This document shows positions 60,501 to 64,000 of a DNA stretch of 64,000 nucleotides, one piece after another (positions within the stretch are counted from its first letter, which is position 1; each line of letters begins with the position of its first letter). The position numbers and the translations under genes are program-made. The notes beneath the pieces were generated by a model. That model saw only the letters and a list, made by a program, of their open reading frames with translations. It made no database searches and was not told the origin of the DNA. Origin of the DNA: Vicugna vicugna (taxonomy: Eukaryota); the NCBI GenBank assembly GCA_013265495.1, contig MU057887.1:4181668-4245667 (forward strand), given 5' to 3'.

Positions 60501-62610
60501 AGAGCTAGTCTGGAAGGCCTGGGGTGAAGAGGTCAAAGCCGGCAGAGGTGGTGCCCAGCCCACCTGTCTTCTACCTTCCCAGATAAGTCTGAGGACAATT
60601 CTTAGGCACATGTGGGGGTCAGCCTGGCCAGCCGTGCTTTCTGGCAGGTTTCTCCTTACCCCCTCCCTGTTTCCCTCCATCAGCGATTATGTCATTGATG
60701 ACAAGGTGGCTGTTCTGCAGAAACGGGACCATGAGGGCTTTGGTTTCGTGCTCCGAGGGGCCAAAGGTAATGAAGGGTAGGGCACCGGGCTGGCAGGGGT
60801 GGTGCACAAGTCGGGGTGTCTTCTGTGTCTTGCGGCTGACCCTCCCCTCTTCTCTCCTCCTGCCTATCCCCTGCCCACCATGTTCACCCCTGCCCCCTGC
60901 CCTTTGCCCCTGCCTCCCTCATTCCTGGCCTTGCCCTCCCCCCGCTTTCTTCTCTCCCTCTCTTTCTCCCCTTTCTGTGACTCTGTGTTCTTAGTCTGGA
61001 GTGTTGATGGGAGGCAGCAGTCTCTTCCCTCATTGATTTACGGGATCTCTGCTGTGTGTCGAATGGTGTGGGAGGCCTTTCTGGTAGGAGTGAGCTGGGG
61101 GAGGGTATTTCTCAGAGGGGCGTGTTCTGGAATCCTGGGCTGGGTCACTCACGGGGTTGCTGTGTGGCAGCTGCCCCCACCTGGGCCACGCTGGTGAGGT
61201 GCCGTCCTAACTTCCCTCACCCCAACTCCCACAGCAGAGACCCCTATCGAGGAGTTCACGCCCACGCCAGCCTTCCCCGCGCTGCAGTATCTGGAGTCGG
61301 TGGATGTGGAGGGCGTGGCCTGGAGGGCTGGGCTGCGCACTGGAGACTTCCTTATCGAGGTGAGGCTCATCCTTATCTGTGCAGCCCCAGGGGGTGCTGA
61401 CCTCTGGGCCCCCAGGAGAGCACACCTGACTTCCCCACCCACCCCCTGTCTGTCCCAGGTGAATGGGGTGAATGTGGTGAAGGTTGGACACAAGCAGGTG
61501 GTGGCTCTGATCCGCCAGGGCGGGAACCGCCTCGTCATGAAGGTGGTGTCAGTGACAAGGAAGCCAGAAGAAGATGGGGCTCGGCGCAGAGGTGAGGTCT
61601 CAGGCTTTGGTCCTCTGTGCCCCGTCTCTCCCCTCTGGCCCCTGACCTTAGACCTTGACCCCAGGCCCACAATCCTCGCCTCACCCCTGCCATGGCCCCA
61701 GACTGCCGACGTCAGGTGCCTGAGCCTACACGCCCACATCTGTGGCCTGAGCGCCAGTCCCTGATGCTAACCCTGGTCCTGGCCAACCCTGGTCCCGGCC
61801 TCTGACCCCTGACCCCAGGTTGCCCTTCCTAAAGTCCCTGCCCCCTCCTTCCCGTCGGCATCCCGGCCCCTGGCATGGAAGAGCCCTCCTTCCACTGCCG
61901 GCAGCTGCCTGGAGGCCGGGGTTGCCATAGCAACTGTGAGGTTGACGCTGCTGCCGCTTATTGTGGAGGGAGGGGGAGGCGGCACCTGAGGGAAGAGGAA
62001 GAGCGTCTTCTCCCCGCGCCGACGTCGCGGCACAGCCTGGGCCCAGGCGCTCTGCCGGCCTGGCCCAGCCCAGCCCAGGCCCTGGCTTGGCTGACCACAC
62101 CCTGGTCCCCTGAGGTGCAGTGGCCTCCGAGGCCTGAGGGGGCCCTGGAGCAGCAGGGGACCGGCCTGCCGGGAGACCCCTCCCAGCCCCCACCCCATGG
62201 CTCTGGTGCCCCCTTGCTCAGCCCTCGAAGCCTACGGCGCAGGCACTCAGACCGGGGCTGGCCAGCACCGTGACCCACCTGGGGCCCTTGACCACGTCCT
62301 GAGGCCCCGACCACCCCGGCCCAGCCCGGCCCTCAGCACCCCTGAGCTCCCAGCGCCATGAAGAAGTTTGCGTCTAGCCGCAGCCTGAACAAGATCCTGG
62401 CACAGTGCGACTCGTCCTCCCGGGAGTACGAGGAGATCCAGGCGGTGGAGCGCAGGTGGCACCTGCACCTGGCCACGCCGCGCTGCCTGCTGCTGGACAG
62501 GAGGTCCAAGGCCTCCCTCTTCTTTGCAGCCCCGCCGCCCCCCAAGAGGGCCCCCAGCACCACGCTGACCCTGCGCTCCAAGTCCATGACGGCAGAGCTC
62601 GAGGAGCTTG
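39504..62610 (+). CDS. SHANK3: SHANK3, 5' part (exons 1-17; exon 11 hidden in gap; gene continues beyond the window)
   Basis: join(39504-39566,39921-40124,40980-41051,42976-43084,43160-43311,43406-43573,43672-43788,44166-44243,45184-45250,50676-50949,[gap],55191-55304,60348-60423,60684-60766,61235-61359,61459-61591,62530-62610). SPN domain, ankyrin repeats, SH3 and PDZ recognisable. Confidence 0.96.
39921..40124 (+). CDS. SHANK3: SHANK3 exon 2 (SPN domain)
   Basis: ccgcag| KCLRLDPAAPVWAAKQRVLCALNHSLQDALNYGLFQPPSRGRAGKFLDEERLLQEYPPNLDTPLPYLE |gtgagc. Confidence 0.95.
40980..41051 (+). CDS. SHANK3: SHANK3 exon 3
   Basis: gagcag| FRYKRRVYAQNLIDDKQFAKLHTK |gtaagg. Confidence 0.95.
42976..43084 (+). 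CDS. SHANK3: SHANK3 exon 4
   Basis: ttccag| ANLKKFMDYIQLHSTDKVARLLDKGLDPNFHDPDSG |gtaaga. Confidence 0.95.
43160..43311 (+). CDS. SHANK3: SHANK3 exon 5 (ankyrin)
   Basis: acccag| CPLSLAAQLDNATDLLKVLRNGGAHLDFRTRDGLTAVHCATRQRNAAALT |gtcagt. Confidence 0.95.
43406..43573 (+). CDS. SHANK3: SHANK3 exon 6 (ankyrin)
   Basis: cgtcag| TLLDLGASPDYKDSRGLTPLYHS...DENGWQEVHQ |gtgggc. Confidence 0.95.
43672..43788 (+). CDS. SHANK3: SHANK3 exon 7 (ankyrin)
   Basis: ccccag| ACRFGHVQHLEHLLFYGADMGAQNASGNTALHICALYNQ |gtgtgc. Confidence 0.95.
44166..44243 (+). CDS. SHANK3: SHANK3 exon 8 (ankyrin)
   Basis: ccatag| ESCARVLLFRGANKDVRNYNSQTAFQ |gtacac. Confidence 0.95.
45184..45250 (+). CDS. SHANK3: SHANK3 exon 9
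   Basis: ccgcag| VAIIAGNFELAEVIKTHRDSDV |gtgagt. Confidence 0.95.
47630..47769. mobile_element. MER5A1-like hAT-Charlie MITE
   Basis: agtgcttctca...gattctgacgcagagggtctgggtggagcctgagattttgcatttct...ccacacttt resembles the remembered consensus. Confidence 0.6.
47778..50292 (+). mobile_element. MER58A-like hAT-Charlie MITE split by the L1 insertion (arms ~47778-47830 and ~50117-50292)
   Basis: TIRs TAGGGCTTGGCAAAC / GTTTGCCAATCCCTG; 8-bp TSD GTCTAGAC / GTCTAGAA. Confidence 0.8.
47830..50115 (-). mobile_element. L1 fragments in antisense orientation within SHANK3 intron 9
   Basis: T-rich strand; ORF 48727..48960(-) KHKLPKLTQEEIENLN is L1 ORF2-like; 3' UTR-like WINK segment in 48126..48407(-). 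Confidence 0.85.
50524..50635. mobile_element. MER81-like hAT-Blackjack MITE (palindromic)
   Basis: TIRs TAGGGTGGCCA...TGGTCACCCTA; inner arms tcctggtttgcctg / taggcaaaccaaga. Confidence 0.7.
50676..50949 (+). CDS. SHANK3: SHANK3 exon 10
   Basis: ccccag| PFRETPSYAKRRRLAGPSGLASPRPLQRSASDINLK...SQSKI |gtagga. Confidence 0.94.
52849..52866 (-). promoter_or_regulatory. CTCF-like motif in SHANK3 intron 10
   Basis: Minus strand GGCCAACAGGGGGCGCTA vs consensus GGCCACCAGGGGGCGCTA. Confidence 0.6.
53440..54200 (+). promoter_or_regulatory. Intragenic CpG island at SHANK3 intron 10 / exon 11
   Basis: Extremely GC/CpG-rich flanks of the gap; SHANK3 is known to have an intron-10 internal promoter. Confidence 0.75.
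53756..54094. other. Assembly gap (N run, 339 nt), expected to contain SHANK3 exon 11
   Basis: Run of N; exon 10 and 12 phases are incompatible and the N-terminal half of SH3 is absent. Confidence 0.95.
55191..55304 (+). CDS. SHANK3: SHANK3 exon 12 (C-terminal half of SH3)
   Basis: ctccag| LSIGEGGFWEGTVKGRTGWFPADCVEEVQMRQYDTRH |gtgagt. Confidence 0.95.
58600..58980 (-). mobile_element. L2 3' end (reverse) with degenerate (CCAT)n tail
   Basis: catccatc-rich tract followed by gagtgcctgttatgtgccaagtgctgtac...gagctcacaatcagtgg. Confidence 0.55.
60348..60423 (+). CDS. SHANK3: SHANK3 exon 13
   Basis: cctcag| TREDRTKRLFRHYTVGSYDSLTAH |gtacag. Confidence 0.95.
60684..60766 (+). CDS. SHANK3: SHANK3 exon 14 (PDZ start)
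   Basis: catcag| DYVIDDKVAVLQKRDHEGFGFVLRGAK |gtaatg. Confidence 0.95.
61235..61359 (+). CDS. SHANK3: SHANK3 exon 15 (PDZ)
   Basis: ccacag| (A)ETPIEEFTPTPAFPALQYLESVDVEGVAWRAGLRTGDFLIE |gtgagg. Confidence 0.95.
61459..61591 (+). CDS. SHANK3: SHANK3 exon 16 (PDZ end)
   Basis: tcccag| VNGVNVVKVGHKQVVALIRQGGNRLVMKVVSVTRKPEEDGARRR |gtgagg. Confidence 0.95.
61921..61934. promoter_or_regulatory. RFX X-box
   Basis: GTTGCCATAGCAAC, one base from the palindromic consensus GTTGCCATGGCAAC. Confidence 0.7.
62358..62610 (+). CDS. SHANK3: Alternative SHANK3 first coding exon (intron-16 start, in frame into exon 17; Shank3e-like short isoform)
   Basis: gcgccATG; MKKFASSRSLNKILAQCDSSSREYEEIQAVERRWHLHL...SLFFA runs without a stop into exon 17; coding-like GC3-rich codons. 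Confidence 0.7.
62530..62610 (+). CDS. SHANK3: SHANK3 exon 17
   Basis: ttgcag| PPPPKRAPSTTLTLRSKSMTAELEEL |gtgagc. Confidence 0.94.
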
Positions 62611-64000
62611 GTGAGCGGCAGGGCAGACAGCGGGCAGATGACCTAAGGTGGGGGCCAGGCGAAGGGGGGCTGGGCCAGAGGGGAGGAAGACGGACAGATG
62701 ACCGTATGAACAGGTCGGAGGTGAGTGGGTGCTAGAGTGGTGGAGGGGTTGGGTGAATGTGGGGCGAAGAGGGAGATGACATATGGATGGATGAGGGCTG
62801 AGGGCTGAAGGAAGGAGATGGACAGTGGGGCAACCAGGACTGATGGTCAGGGAGCAGGGCCCCCGGTGTGCTTGCATGCGCGTGCACGTGCTGCCTCTGG
62901 CTCTCCACGTCTCCAGTGTGACTGTGCTCCTTCGTTTCATCCAAGTGAGGAAAGGGGCCTGGGCTTTGCTCCTGGCTGGCTCTGCAGGCACCAGCTATAT
63001 GATCTCTGCATTTATTCTACCCTCTCAGCAACTGTTTATGCATCAGTTAAGCAGGGGTAATTACAGTGAGGGGCTGACTTCCCAGGGCTGTGTGAACATT
63101 GCTGGTACAATAATGGAATAGGCCCTCTTGAGTTGCAGGAGGCAAACAGGAGTCTGCTGGGGCTTTGATGGGGCATTTGGTGGACACGATCCCAGGATGA
63201 CCACCAAAGCCTCATTGTGGGCATGTGTCTACATATGTGACTGTTAATAGCCTCATCGTTGGCATGTTCAGCTATACATGAATATGTCCTGACATTTGTG
63301 ACAGTTAATAATGGTCATGCCGTGACTTAGAGTGACCATCAGCGTCTTCTTCATGGCATGTCCGAACACACATGGACTGTTAGCATGCTCTACCCTTCTA
63401 TAATCTGAGTCCAACCCTAGTTCTAAATTTTGCTCTGGTTCCAGCCATGGGAGGACCCCTGACTCTGGTCCTAGGCTGAGTTCTGACCCAGTCCTGGCCA
63501 CAGGAAGGGCCCTAATCCTGGTTCCAAAGCCACAAGCTTGATTTCAGGCTTGATTCTGCCCTGACCATGGAAAGAACCCTTACCTGTCCCGTAAAGTTAT
63601 TCCTGACCTCACTCATGGACTAATCCCAGACCCTGGTCCTTTGCTGAGCCATCCCCTTCTAAGCAGGTCCTCCTGACTGCAGTTTGATTTGGTGTGGAGG
63701 ACAGCCACCAAGACAGACTGAGCAGACATGGTCAGGATCTTCATCCCTATAAATATTCTGAACAAAATAAAACTTTAAAAATACACTGCCCATTCAAAAC
63801 AAAGGAAGAGGAATTTCCCAGTTCTCAAAAATGAAGAGAGAAATGAGACCCAGGAGAGTGCGAGGAAGCTGATGCTTCCGTAGTCCGGGGGGCTTGGGAC
63901 AGGGTATCCATGCAGAGGGCAAGGGGTCAGGGCTCTGATGTCCCCACAAAGCCAAGAGCTGTGGCTGTGGACCCATGAGAAGTAGGAAGGCTAGAACAAA

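Noticed and set aside
61875..62273. 132-aa ORF in SHANK3 intron 16
   Set aside because: Stops before the alternative ATG and has no recognisable protein features; at most a uORF.
62333..62357. Split RE1-like TCAGCACC-N7-TCCCAGCGCC directly before the alternative ATG
   Set aside because: The right half lacks the core GGA; a single weak match in GC-rich DNA.

Overview
GC-rich mammalian genomic DNA carrying the conserved MAPK8IP2 - ARSA - SHANK3 block (syntenic to human 22q13.33). It is probably camelid, judged from three TSD-flanked tRNA-derived SINEs resembling the camelid vic-1 family (family name from memory). Exons were reconstructed by hand from GT-AG junctions and recognised protein sequence. 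MAPK8IP2/JIP2 (+) has 12 coding exons (2736-11215, 823 aa, intact). ARSA (-) has 8 coding exons (23580-20977, 507 aa, intact). SHANK3 (+) is present as its 5' part, exons 1-17 (39504-62610). Two N-gaps hide the likely upstream SHANK3 start and exon 11. The remainder is introns, CpG islands and old L1/L2/MaLR/hAT fragments; most ORF-track entries are GC-rich noise. I see no new protein-coding system. The best leads are regulatory: (1) a ~37-bp-period tandem array of split (long-spacer) REST/RE1-like sites upstream of MAPK8IP2; (2) a SHANK3 intron-16 module with an RFX X-box and an in-frame alternative N-terminus; (3) an intron-10 CpG island with a strong-Kozak short ORF that is also in frame with a cryptic acceptor. 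Repeat family names and comparisons to human come from memory and need database confirmation.
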